DNA of 32,000 nucleotides. Source: Aliivibrio fischeri ES114. Its GTDB lineage: Bacteria > Pseudomonadota > Gammaproteobacteria > Enterobacterales > Vibrionaceae. Of the stretch, positions 1 to 8,652 are shown piece by piece. The notes under the pieces were generated by a model. That model ran no database searches and was not told the origin of the DNA. It saw only the letters and a program-made list of their open reading frames with translations. The position numbers were made by a program, and so were the translations under genes. The stretch lies in the NCBI RefSeq assembly GCF_000011805.1, contig NC_006841.2; one strand, given 5' to 3'. Each line of letters starts with the position of its first letter. The stretch's first letter is position 1.

Positions 1-1
1 T

Positions 2-535
2 GGTAGAGTACAGTTTGCTATGCATAATGCTGGTGGAGTTCGCTCTGGTTTAAACCAAGGAGCCATCACATATGCCGATATTGCCGGAAAAGTTTTGCCA
101 TTTGCAATTCCGATTGTCATTTATAGTATCAAAGGTAAATACCTTAAAGCCGCCATTGAGGGAGCAATAGATAATGCGACTAACAATGGAGTGATAGGAA
201 GCGGATCTGGAAGTTTCCCTTATGTATCGCAATTAAGTTATCAATATGAAGCGTGTAATCCTGCCGGGCAGCGTATTACCGAGTTTGACATATTTAACTC
301 GGTTTCTGGATGGGAGCCTGTATTAGATGAGCAAATATATTATGGAACATCAACAGCTTATACTATAAAAGGGAAGGAAGGTTACGCTCCTTTACTCAAT
401 AAAGAAGATGAGGTGATAACAACTAACCTTTCAATGGCTGATTGCTTCATTGATTATTTAATGCATTACCCTAATTTAACAAAACCTAAAATGACACTGA
501 ATCGATATAATAAAAACAGTACTGCTATCATTTAG
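2..535 (+). CDS. 5'-nucleotidase / metallophosphatase-family protein, C-terminal part (start lies upstream of the window)
   Basis: The frame is open from base 2 (GRVQFA precedes the first Met at 20). NAGGVRSGL..GAITYADI..VLPF..IKGKYLKAAIE matches the pattern of the 5'-nucleotidase C-terminal substrate-binding domain (UshA/NadN-like). Stop TAG is at 533-535. Confidence 0.7.
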   Translation, partial: GRVQFAMHNAGGVRSGLNQGAITYADIAGKVLPFAIPIVIYSIKGKYLKAAIEGAIDNATNNGVIGSGSGSFPYVSQLSYQYEACNPAGQRITEFDIFNSVSGWEPVLDEQIYYGTSTAYTIKGKEGYAPLLNKEDEVITTNLSMADCFIDYLMHYPNLTKPKMTLNRYNKNSTAII

Positions 536-690
536 TGGCATGCTAATTGCTATTAAATAACTGAGATGAGTTGTACAGTTTTATAGGTAATAGCATGGAC
601 AGTGATTGGTCAGACAAATTGCTAGTCGTAAGCTGGGTGTTCGCTTGGGCATTAATTGTTTACTTCGTCCCTTTTGCAGGGTGACATTTA

Positions 691-724
691 AAAGGCTTTC
701 TAATTAATTAGGAAGCCTTTTTTA
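691..724 (+). terminator. Rho-independent terminator candidate
   Basis: Stem AAAGGCTTTC / GGAAGCCTTT (one mismatch) around a 10-nt AT loop, followed by a T-run. It lies downstream of the nucleotidase gene and of a 29-codon ORF. Confidence 0.55.
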
Positions 725-996
725 TTAGCGTTAATAAAACTTATCCTTTATTAATGATATAAAAGTTTTTATTGTCATATTTAGGTTAACGTAAATTGTT
801 TAAATTATGTTAATTTGATTTTTTATTCATTAATGTGTATGAATAGTGCATCCATATGCGCTAATTTAGGTTATTGATTGGTGTAATTTTTACATTAGAA
901 AAACTAATATTACATTGAAGAAAAAGTCATTTTTTGACCAATAAATTAAGCTTTATTATGCGCTCATTGAAATTGATTAATTTAAGTGAGGCAATC

Positions 997-1185
997 ATGG
1001 CACAAGCAGCAATGAACGTTAATAACATCGCTACTTCTTCACAAAAGAAGGCCTATTCAGTAAGTATCAAAGGATTGATTGCTCATCTTGTGGATGTTTT
1101 GTTTGGTAAAGATCAAACTGTATCTGCACAATATACATCTGAACTATCAGAGCACTTACAAAAAGATTTAGGTCTTTATCGTTAA
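997..1185 (+). CDS. small (62 aa) protein, possibly DUF1127 family
   Basis: ATG at 997 lies 5 nt after AAGTGAGG (984-991). The longer TTG-initiated ORF from 934 has no SD. The C-terminal ELSEHLQKDLGLYR resembles the LxDxxLxDIGLxR tail of DUF1127 proteins. A terminator follows at 1201. Confidence 0.55.
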   Translation: MAQAAMNVNNIATSSQKKAYSVSIKGLIAHLVDVLFGKDQTVSAQYTSELSEHLQKDLGLYR

Positions 1186-1200
1186 GATATAGACGAATGG

Positions 1201-1230
1201 AAAAAGCTAGCAAGTTTGCTAGCTTTTTTT
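1201..1230. terminator. bidirectional rho-independent terminator between convergent genes
   Basis: AAAAAGCTAGCAA-gtt-TTGCTAGCTTTTT is a near-perfect palindrome with an A-run on one side and a T-run on the other. Confidence 0.8.
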
Positions 1231-1253
1231 ATATCTTAATAAAAGTTATTTGT

Positions 1254-2837
1254 TTAATAAGAACATACTTTATTCTTTCCGGAGCGTTTTGCTTGGTAAA
1301 GCGCTTTATCTGCACGAAGAAACGTAGCTTTATGATCTTCTTTATTTCGATTCAATGTTAAGCCGATACTAACGGTAATTGAGCGGTCTTTAAGGGTATC
1401 TCGCCAATCGTAATTTGCAATTTCTGATCGGCATTGTTCTGCGATTTTTTTCCCATGCTCAAGGTCGCCAGAAGGAATAATAATAAGAAACTCTTCTCCT
1501 CCATAACGTAGTGTATAGTGAGAAGGTGAAACTGAATTTTGCAAAATTTTACCAACTAGTTTTAATACAATATCGCCTTTTAAGTGGGAATATTCATCAT
1601 TTATTGATTTAAAATCATCGATATCAATAACCAATAACTGATAGTGTTTAATCGTAGGTAAAATCTCTTTTATAAACGTAGATTCAAACCATCTTCGGTT
1701 ATACAGTTTCGTTAAACTGTCATGAAAAACATCTTGTTGTAACTTGGCTACCGTGTCTTTTTGTTGATCAGATACTTTTTTTAATTTTAAGTTTTCAGTT
1801 TCAGAAATATTTAAGCGTAATTGAAGTTCTAATCGAGTTAATCGTCTTAAAGAGTGACCACCAAGTTCATTAATTGGGAAGTTTTTGATTATTTCGACAG
1901 TTAACTGCTGCGCTTTTTTTTCACATTCAAGTGCAAGAGCAAAGTTTTTACAACTTGCTAGAGCATCGCTTTTCACTTCAAGTAATTGGCGAATATAGTA
2001 GCCATAAGAGTATTTTATTGTTCGCTTTAATTGATGTGAAATGATCACATCGGCAATTTCCCCACGCTGTTGCTTAATAAGACAGTAGGCTGATTCAACA
2101 GCAAATAACTTGTTTAACCAAGGAAAAGAGTGTTGGTCGCTATACTCTTGTCTATATTGTATCAGTAGGTTAAGTGCCGTTTCAGGTTGGTTTTTCAGGC
2201 GCAATAGTTTTGCGGAATAAAGCAATACTTGCGCTGTTAATTGGGGGTCATCAGAAACGTATTTTAAAGCATAACATTCATCAAGAAGCTCTTTAGCTTT
2301 GGAAAGTCTTTTTAAATCGAGAAGGCAAGCAATCATGTAAAGTCGGTAACGAAGCGAGAGATTATTGCTATTAATACTGTTGCTTAACGCTTCTAACTTT
2401 TGGTAATAGCGCAGTGCTTTTAGGTGATCACCATAAATAGAGCATAAATTTCCTATACCTAAAATAGCTTGTATATAAAATTCATTATCACCGTATTCTA
2501 CGGCGAGTTCAGAAAGCGAATGAAGGTACTTTAATGCTTTTTGGTACTGTCCAATATCAGTATAACGATAACTTAATGCCGAATATATTTGCAGCATTAA
2601 TTCGATGTCTTTAGATGGATCTAATAACAATAAAGCACGGTGTAAATGTTTGATGCTGTTTGTCAGGTTATTGAATTCGACCTCATACTCAGAACTCATT
2701 AATAGGGCATATGCTTTTTCGGTTTTTGTTTCAGCGAAGTTGTCTACAATATATAACCAAAACTCTAGGCACTGGTGTGTGTTTAGCTTTAATAAATTAA
2801 TGTTATTTTCAGCTATTCGATTTAAAAGACTGTCCAT
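1254..2837 (-). CDS. diguanylate cyclase: N-terminal TPR-like helical repeats, coiled coil, then GGDEF domain with an intact active site
   Basis: RYGGEEFLIII (GGEEF), DSLTKLYNRR and IDIDDFKSIND are present. The N-terminal ~350 aa are helical repeats. I prefer the ATG at 2837 (Met15 of the track ORF) because it sits 1 nt after the upstream gene's TGA (TGAtATG). The 2879 start would overlap by 41 nt. Confidence 0.9.
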   Translation of the reverse strand: MDSLLNRIAENNINLLKLNTHQCLEFWLYIVDNFAETKTEKAYALLMSSEYEVEFNNLTNSIKHLHRALLLLDPSKDIELMLQIYSALSYRYTDIGQYQKALKYLHSLSELAVEYGDNEFYIQAILGIGNLCSIYGDHLKALRYYQKLEALSNSINSNNLSLRYRLYMIACLLDLKRLSKAKELLDECYALKYVSDDPQLTAQVLLYSAKLLRLKNQPETALNLLIQYRQEYSDQHSFPWLNKLFAVESAYCLIKQQRGEIADVIISHQLKRTIKYSYGYYIRQLLEVKSDALASCKNFALALECEKKAQQLTVEIIKNFPINELGGHSLRRLTRLELQLRLNISETENLKLKKVSDQQKDTVAKLQQDVFHDSLTKLYNRRWFESTFIKEILPTIKHYQLLVIDIDDFKSINDEYSHLKGDIVLKLVGKILQNSVSPSHYTLRYGGEEFLIIIPSGDLEHGKKIAEQCRSEIANYDWRDTLKDRSITVSIGLTLNRNKEDHKATFLRADKALYQAKRSGKNKVCSY

Positions 2838-2838
2838 A

Positions 2839-4308
2839 TCATATTTCCATTGGTGTTTGAGAAGGCCGCACCGTCGCAAAATATTCCGTAATTGTGAAAT
2901 AGTTAATCATTGGGGAAGATGCCTCAAAAGAGTAACGTTGCCATGGGTAAGTGGTAAAAAGTGAGCTTAACGAGCGACAAATATCATCACATTTTTCTTT
3001 TGAGTCATTAAGCAGTAATAGCACTTCGTTATCCCCTTTACGTGTTAGTAAATCACCGTGTTTACAGTAGTGGTGGATAAGACTTGTAATGGTATCGAGC
3101 TTTTCTTCAGAGTTTTCAATAATACTAATAACATAATGATTTTTAAGATCATTAGAGTTATAAACAGAGGATAAATGTTGTGCCCATTTATTAAAAGGTT
3201 GTAAGTATATTAGGGCTGATATGCTGTTTAATTCTAATTGCAGTTGGATCCGATTAATTAGCTTTCTTGCTCTAGAATCAAGTTGCTCTTTTGATGAATT
3301 AGATTTATCACGACCTAAACTATTGGATTGTTCTTGTAATAAAGCAATTTCATATTGTCGATAACGTTTATAAGAGTAAAGTGCATGTTCAAAATCGTTA
3401 GTTAATTCAGCAATTCGTGATTGTTCTAGACAAATTTGAGAGCGCAGTTCTCCTTTATCAAATTGTTCAGCAATTAACTCTGCTTCGGTTAATAATTCAT
3501 AGGCTGGCAGGTAATGAGATTGAGCCGAAGCGACTCTTGCTAAGCTAATAGAAGAGTGTGCCATCATCCAAGTTAGTTGATGTTGTTGAGCTAGTTGGTA
3601 GGCGTAGCTGCAGCTTTGTTGAGCCAAGCTCAAATCGTTTAAACCAAGAAATGCTAAGCCTCTAAAATCATAGATTTCAGCTTTCCATGTTAAGTTGGAA
3701 TGATGAACAAGCAATTCTTCGGATTTTATTAGAATAGGTAACATTTCTTGATAGTTACCAAGCAGGTAGTAATCCCACGCTTGTAATATATAGGCTTTAG
3801 CTTCTAAGTGTGGGATACGATAAAACTTAGCTCTTTGTGCTGCAATATCATGGGCAAAATTAGCGTCATTAAGGTTATTTGTCATGCGCCAAATATTCCC
3901 TAACCCAATAAGTGCTTCAATTTCTATCTCATTATCACCAAGCAGCGAGGCTTGTTCTAGTGCTTGAATCCAGAACTGTTGTGCACTAAACAGCTTGGCT
4001 TGGCCCCACGCATGAGATGCCAAAACATGTAGAATCTTAGGTAAGAGATCATCATCTTCAAGCTCTTGATGCATATGCAGTAATTCACGGGCAATTTTGA
4101 AACCAATAGGGTATTGCATCAAATGCCAATACGCTAAAGAGATGATCAGTTTTGAATAAGCTTCGCCATATTTGAAGTGCATTTGTTCTGCACGAACTAA
4201 TAACGTTTCCGCTTCAGATTTAATTTTATCAGCGTTATCTATACAAGATTCTAATTGTGACTCTAATAGTTTAAGAGCGGAAATAATGGTTCTTTTCGAT
4301 TGGTTCAC
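2839..4308 (-). CDS. TPR-like repeat protein with a degenerate (apparently inactive) GGDEF-like C-terminal domain; paralog of the downstream cyclase
   Basis: GTG start at 4308 lies 7 nt after AAGGAA. The repeat region aligns by eye with the downstream protein (LLGDNEIEIEALIGLGNIWRMTNNLNDA vs EYGDNEFYIQAILGIGNLCSIYGDHLKA). The C-terminus has RKGDNEVLLLL where the partner has RYGGEEFLIII, and SIIENSEEK where the partner has IDIDDFK. Confidence 0.75.
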   Translation of the reverse strand: MNQSKRTIISALKLLESQLESCIDNADKIKSEAETLLVRAEQMHFKYGEAYSKLIISLAYWHLMQYPIGFKIARELLHMHQELEDDDLLPKILHVLASHAWGQAKLFSAQQFWIQALEQASLLGDNEIEIEALIGLGNIWRMTNNLNDANFAHDIAAQRAKFYRIPHLEAKAYILQAWDYYLLGNYQEMLPILIKSEELLVHHSNLTWKAEIYDFRGLAFLGLNDLSLAQQSCSYAYQLAQQHQLTWMMAHSSISLARVASAQSHYLPAYELLTEAELIAEQFDKGELRSQICLEQSRIAELTNDFEHALYSYKRYRQYEIALLQEQSNSLGRDKSNSSKEQLDSRARKLINRIQLQLELNSISALIYLQPFNKWAQHLSSVYNSNDLKNHYVISIIENSEEKLDTITSLIHHYCKHGDLLTRKGDNEVLLLLNDSKEKCDDICRSLSSLFTTYPWQRYSFEASSPMINYFTITEYFATVRPSQTPMEI

Positions 4309-4327
4309 AGTAGTATTCCTTACTTCA

Positions 4328-4373
4328 TGACATCAATATAATCTTGCTAATCTATTGATGTCACGAACTAAAT
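4328..4373 (-). promoter_or_regulatory. perfect 11-bp inverted repeat in the leader of the TPR/GGDEF operon (operator or 5'-UTR hairpin)
   Basis: TGACATCAATA (4328-4338) and TATTGATGTCA (4363-4373) are separated by 24 nt. On the minus strand the repeat lies between a TATAAT (plus 4382-4387) and the SD/GTG at 4308. Confidence 0.35.
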
Positions 4374-4429
4374 TATAGAACTGCGATCGTGCTACAGTAT
4401 GTTATATTGTGAAAGGGAATAAGTGTGGG

Positions 4430-5410
4430 TTACTCTTCATTTTCCGCTAAATTCAATAAAGCCATGGCACAGCTTACGCTGGTAGCAAGTACGTCTATAA
4501 CGCCTGTGCGTAAAGCTCCCATAATTGATAAGGCTTTACGACTTTCGCTGGCCATTGCCACAACATTTGGAATTTGACGTAGGTCTTCCATTTCAAGACC
4601 AATAACACGGCCTCGCATAAGAGTGTCTGCGTCCGTACCATCAAGTTTGAAGAAATCAAAACCGCCAATATCACCCACGATGCCATCGTTTAATCGGGCT
4701 TCAACAAATTCTTTAGGTGTGAAGAACCCGAGTTTGACCATATGACTATTTTCGTCCATATCACCAATACCAACTAAGGCAAATTCCGCTTTTCTAGCTT
4801 GGCTTAATGTCTCTTTGATGGTGGCATGCTCCATAAATGCTGATCGTAAGCTTGGGTCATTTACATAAGCTGGAGCGTATAAGGTTTCGCTGCTTCCACC
4901 GTATTTTTTGGCTAGACGACGGCAGATATGATCAGCATTAATAATATCACCACTGCGATGGGTTCCACCTATCGCCGATACGAAGCGTGCATTACGTTGC
5001 GTAACGATGCCTGCATGATCTGCTACTGCTGCAACATTTTGGCCTTGACCAACAGCAACAGCCATTCCTTCTTGTAAGTTATTGTTAAGGTATGAACTTA
5101 CAAGTGCTGCAACTTGTTTTCGTTGTTCATTTGTATTGGGTTGGTCTAACGAAATTAATGCACGTTTTAGGTTAAATTTTTCAACCAGTTTTTGTTCAAG
5201 CTGAACACTGTATACAGGGTGAAATTTTACGGTTATTTCAACAATGCCTTCTTCTCGCGCCTTTCTTAGCATGCGACCAACTTTCGCTCGAGATAAACCA
5301 AACTTTTTTGATATTTCCTCCTGAGTTGCGCCTTCTTGATAATAAAGAATCGCAATTTCAGTCAACATATCTGTGTTTTCTGTTTGATCTTGAGAGGGTG
5401 ACATCGTCAT
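4430..5410 (-). CDS. SorC/DeoR(Bacillus-type) family sugar-phosphate-binding transcriptional regulator
   Basis: N-terminal HTH (QEEISKKFGLSRAKVGRMLRKAREEGIV) is followed by a ~250-aa sugar-binding-domain pattern (GVGQG..., GDIGGFDFF, VIGL). The architecture matches B. subtilis DeoR / SorC regulators. Confidence 0.88.
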   Translation of the reverse strand: MTMSPSQDQTENTDMLTEIAILYYQEGATQEEISKKFGLSRAKVGRMLRKAREEGIVEITVKFHPVYSVQLEQKLVEKFNLKRALISLDQPNTNEQRKQVAALVSSYLNNNLQEGMAVAVGQGQNVAAVADHAGIVTQRNARFVSAIGGTHRSGDIINADHICRRLAKKYGGSSETLYAPAYVNDPSLRSAFMEHATIKETLSQARKAEFALVGIGDMDENSHMVKLGFFTPKEFVEARLNDGIVGDIGGFDFFKLDGTDADTLMRGRVIGLEMEDLRQIPNVVAMASESRKALSIMGALRTGVIDVLATSVSCAMALLNLAENEE

Positions 5411-5418
5411 AACTTGTC

Positions 5419-6888
5419 CTAACTTAATAATTCTGCAAGTGTAATTGGTTTTGATATTAACCCTAACTTTTGTGCCGGAGTTATGCCTAGTTTATCTTGA
5501 TGACATAAATTATGCCAAGCTCTAAAAATATCTAATAGAGGAAGGAGGCTTGCAGGGCGTAGCTTACGTCTTGGTTCATTAACCAAATTAGTAAATTGGT
5601 TATAGAAACGAGTTTGATATTCATTAGCAACGGTCGCCGATGCTCGTTTTAGCCAATACGCCTCATTATGTTCTGCACCATTTAAGTGGCATATACCTTT
5701 ATGCTGTCCGTTGATTTCGGTAAATGCCCAGCGATCACGCCACCAACCAACCAGATGTATATCGATCTTATCACCGCTTTCTTCAGTAGGAAACGCAATA
5801 TCTTGAGTCACATAGAGTAGGTCGATGCTATTCTCTTTGATTCGTTCTAAAAAGATAGACATAGCAGCAGAACGAAGCATGGGTTCTTGCGGCATATAGA
5901 TTTCAATAGAGTCACAATGTGAGAATGCTTTTTGAATTTCTAAAAAATGCGCATGCGAAGTATAAGGAGGACGAATTATCGCTCCTTTAGAGGGGTAATT
6001 GAGAGAGACGTAATTACCCAGCGGATCTTCAACATTCGCACGCGCTAAAATTTCTTGATACTTATGATCAACGCGTTTGAAAATGGATTTTGAGCCAATG
6101 GCTGGTTGCGAATTGGCTTCATTAACAAACGTATTTGATAAATATTGTGCGTTTTCTTGGAAAGGGTCGTGATCCAACAGTGTGCCTGGTTCATCGGTTT
6201 CCGAATAATTGATATGTTGTGCAATGACATATCCAGAGTTTACTTCCGCACTTGCATACCAAAACACGCCATTATTACTCAGTGGTTGCAATGGGGTGGC
6301 ATTAGAGGCAAGTTGAATACTTGTTCTATCATGTTGAAGCCTTGAGTCAAATAATGACATATGACGACGGCAACGACTGGCGATTTGATTGATATGATCG
6401 TAAAAGGTTTTAGGATTTATATGTAAACGTCGGCAAATTTCACGAACGGAATAACCAGTAAATAAAAAGCCTAAAAGCTTTTGTTGAATAAGACTCTTTT
6501 GGTTTTCACCAGACCATTTATCTACAAAAGTAGACGCACAAGATTTGCAGCGATAACGTTGTCTATCACCACTGTAACCAAATGCATGATATAGCTCGCG
6601 ATGGGTTAATACATCGAAACCAAAATGTTCGCATTCTGAGTTATTGCAAGAGGGTAAGGAGTGTGATTGAACTTGTTGTTGACGTGCAAGTTCGTTCAAT
6701 ACCTCTTGGTTATTGATTAAGGGAGGAAAAGCACCACATTTCCGGCAAACTAATGCAGGTCGCTTAGGGTTCGTACGTTGAACTAAGTAATGTTGTTCAT
6801 CGCTATCACCAAAATTGTCACACGCCAATGTTTTACAAAAATTGAGTTGTAACCCTTTAGCAGCCAACGGCAGTTTTTCAGTCGGCAC
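5419..6888 (-). CDS. transposase-like zinc-ribbon + HTH protein of unknown function (IS1 InsA / IS1595-like N-terminus, no IS ends seen)
   Basis: GTG start at 6888 lies behind AAGGGGAG. There are two Cys clusters (CKTLAC..CRKCG and CNNSEC..QRYRCKSCASTF), then an HTH-like YSVREICRRLHINPKTFYDHI. It ends 8 nt before the SorC gene on the same strand. That it is a real CDS is well supported; its function is uncertain. Confidence 0.7.
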   Translation of the reverse strand: MPTEKLPLAAKGLQLNFCKTLACDNFGDSDEQHYLVQRTNPKRPALVCRKCGAFPPLINNQEVLNELARQQQVQSHSLPSCNNSECEHFGFDVLTHRELYHAFGYSGDRQRYRCKSCASTFVDKWSGENQKSLIQQKLLGFLFTGYSVREICRRLHINPKTFYDHINQIASRCRRHMSLFDSRLQHDRTSIQLASNATPLQPLSNNGVFWYASAEVNSGYVIAQHINYSETDEPGTLLDHDPFQENAQYLSNTFVNEANSQPAIGSKSIFKRVDHKYQEILARANVEDPLGNYVSLNYPSKGAIIRPPYTSHAHFLEIQKAFSHCDSIEIYMPQEPMLRSAAMSIFLERIKENSIDLLYVTQDIAFPTEESGDKIDIHLVGWWRDRWAFTEINGQHKGICHLNGAEHNEAYWLKRASATVANEYQTRFYNQFTNLVNEPRRKLRPASLLPLLDIFRAWHNLCHQDKLGITPAQKLGLISKPITLAELLS

Positions 6889-6912
6889 TAGACTCCCCTT
6901 ATGGATTTTATG

Positions 6913-6935
6913 GCGCCAGTATTGATGACTGGCGC
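6913..6935 (-). other. GC-rich hairpin between deoD and the downstream ORF (weak terminator or mRNA-stability element)
   Basis: GCGCCAGT-attgatg-ACTGGCGC is a perfect 8-bp stem. On the minus strand it is followed by CATAAAATCC, which is not a proper U-run. Confidence 0.4.
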
Positions 6936-6945
6936 AAACATCTGA

Positions 6946-7656
6946 TTACAGTTTAATTGCAGTTTCTAATGCAACTGTCATCATGTCATTAAATGATTTT
7001 TGACGGTCTTCAGAGCTTAATTTCTCACCACGTTTAATGTGATCAGAAACAGTAAGGATAGTCAGTGCTTTTGCTCCTAGGTCAGCCGCCACACCATAAA
7101 TGCCTGCCGCTTCCATATCAACACCAAGGATGCCTAATTTTTCCATTTTGTCGAATAGATCAGCTTCTGGTGAGTAGAAAAGGTCAGCAGAGAATACATT
7201 ACCAACTTTAACCGGAACATTAAGCTCACGAGCTTGACCAACAGCTGTCTCTAGTAGACCAAAATCAGCAATTGCAGCGAAGTCATGATTGTTAAAGCGG
7301 ATACGGTTAACTTTAGAGTCAGTTGATGCACCCATACCGATAACAACATCCATCAGTTTAACGTCATCGTGTACCGCACCACAGCTACCTACACGAATTA
7401 CGTTTTTAACACCATATTCAGCGATTAACTCGTGAACATAGATACAACATGAAGGGATACCCATACCGTGGCCCATTACAGATACTTTTTTACCTTTGTA
7501 AGTACCTGTGTAACCGAACATATTACGTACGTCACATACTTGCTTTACGTCTTCTAGGAAGTTTTCAGCAATGAACTTTGCACGAAGAGGGTCACCAGGC
7601 ATTAGAACTGTTTCTGCGAAATCACCAGCTTGAGCATTAATGTGTGGGGTAGCCAT
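6946..7656 (-). CDS. deoD: purine nucleoside phosphorylase DeoD-type
   Basis: The 236-aa product reads [31 protein letters not shown]...GHGMGIPS...VGSCG...MEAAG, which is collinear with hexameric DeoD PNPs over its full length. Confidence 0.97.
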   Translation of the reverse strand: MATPHINAQAGDFAETVLMPGDPLRAKFIAENFLEDVKQVCDVRNMFGYTGTYKGKKVSVMGHGMGIPSCCIYVHELIAEYGVKNVIRVGSCGAVHDDVKLMDVVIGMGASTDSKVNRIRFNNHDFAAIADFGLLETAVGQARELNVPVKVGNVFSADLFYSPEADLFDKMEKLGILGVDMEAAGIYGVAADLGAKALTILTVSDHIKRGEKLSSEDRQKSFNDMMTVALETAIKL

Positions 7657-7757
7657 AATAAGGTCTCCAGTTTACAAATAAAAATTGAGTGTAACTAAAA
7701 TTGTTGAACATTCCTGTTCGATATGTGGCTATTTTAGGCCTATATTTTAAGGTGTCA

Positions 7758-7773
7758 TGAGATTGGTGTCACA
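7758..7773 (-). promoter_or_regulatory. CRP-like binding site candidate upstream of deoD
   Basis: The minus strand reads TGTGAcaccaaTCTCA against the consensus TGTGA-N6-TCACA (one mismatch). It lies ~100 nt upstream of the deoD start. Confidence 0.3.
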
Positions 7774-7989
7774 CTTTCTACCTGATTCTACATTATTTCC
7801 ATAATTGATAACTAATTTTGTTGAAACTTAAGGGGCAATCGCATTCTTTTCGGCTATCTTAGTTTTAATACTTGGAATGGTTTTCTTATAACCGATCCTT
7901 AATTAGATTGAACTTATGGCGTTCGAGGAGGATGATGCTCTTGAAGGGTAATTCCCCTTAGTGTCATTAATAGTAAAGTGAGTAAATTG

Positions 7990-8652
7990 ATGAAAGCAGA
8001 AAATAAACAATATGCAGTAATTGGATTAGGTCGCTTTGGACTTACGGTGTGCGAAGAGTTGCATCAGTATGGCTCTCAGGTTTTAGCAATTGATATAAAT
8101 GAAGAGCGTGTTAAGAAGGCAATGGACTTTGTATCTACCGCTATTGTTGCTAACTGTGCAAGTGAAGAGACAGTTGCAGAGCTTAAACTTGATGACTATG
8201 ACATGGTTATGGTTGCAATTGGCTCAGATATTAATGCCAGTATATTAACCACTTTAGTATTGAAAGAAGCCGGTGTTAAGACTGTTTGGGTTAAAGCAAA
8301 TGATAAATTTCATGCCAAAATCTTAACGAAGATAGGGGCGGATCATATTATTATGCCAGAGAGAGATATGGGGATTCGAGTTGCGCGTAAAATGCTAGAC
8401 AGACGTGTATTTGAATTCCATGAACTCGGTAGTGGACTGGCTATGACTGAGATTGTTATCGGTGGTCAAAATATGGGTAAATCATTAGGGCAATTGGATT
8501 TTTGTCAAATGTCCGATGTAAAGGTACTTGCGATAAAACGCGGACCAGAAATTGAAACAGCACCAGATTGGAGTAAAGAATTAGAGATTGGCGATATTTT
8601 GATTATCGTTGGACCTGAAGTTCAATTAGCTAAAAAAATTAGAACGTTATGA
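7990..8652 (+). CDS. ktrA: potassium uptake system NAD-binding peripheral subunit KtrA (TrkA-N/TrkA-C)
   Basis: MKAENKQYAVIGLGRFG is a Rossmann GxGxxG motif and a C-terminal RCK_C follows. I chose the ATG at 7990 over the GTG at 7978 because the N-terminus then matches Ktr A-subunits and GTGAG lies 7 nt upstream. Confidence 0.88.
   Translation: MKAENKQYAVIGLGRFGLTVCEELHQYGSQVLAIDINEERVKKAMDFVSTAIVANCASEETVAELKLDDYDMVMVAIGSDINASILTTLVLKEAGVKTVWVKANDKFHAKILTKIGADHIIMPERDMGIRVARKMLDRRVFEFHELGSGLAMTEIVIGGQNMGKSLGQLDFCQMSDVKVLAIKRGPEIETAPDWSKELEIGDILIIVGPEVQLAKKIRTL

Noticed and set aside
934-996. The TTG-initiated 5' extension of the small DUF1127-like ORF.
   Set aside because: It has no SD before 934. 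The ATG at 997 has AAGTGAGG at the right distance and gives a typical ~60-aa product.
2605-2964. A 119-aa plus-strand ORF.
   Set aside because: It is antisense to the junction of the two TPR/GGDEF genes. Its composition is low-complexity with no SD, and the minus-strand genes have clear domain content.
7916-7951. Mini-ORFs in the ktrA leader: MAFEEDDALEG, and an overlapping MMLLKGNSP that follows GAGGAGG.
   Set aside because: The first has no SD. The second has its SD abutting the ATG, which is too short a spacing. I see no attenuator-like alternative structures and no known leader-peptide control for ktrAB.
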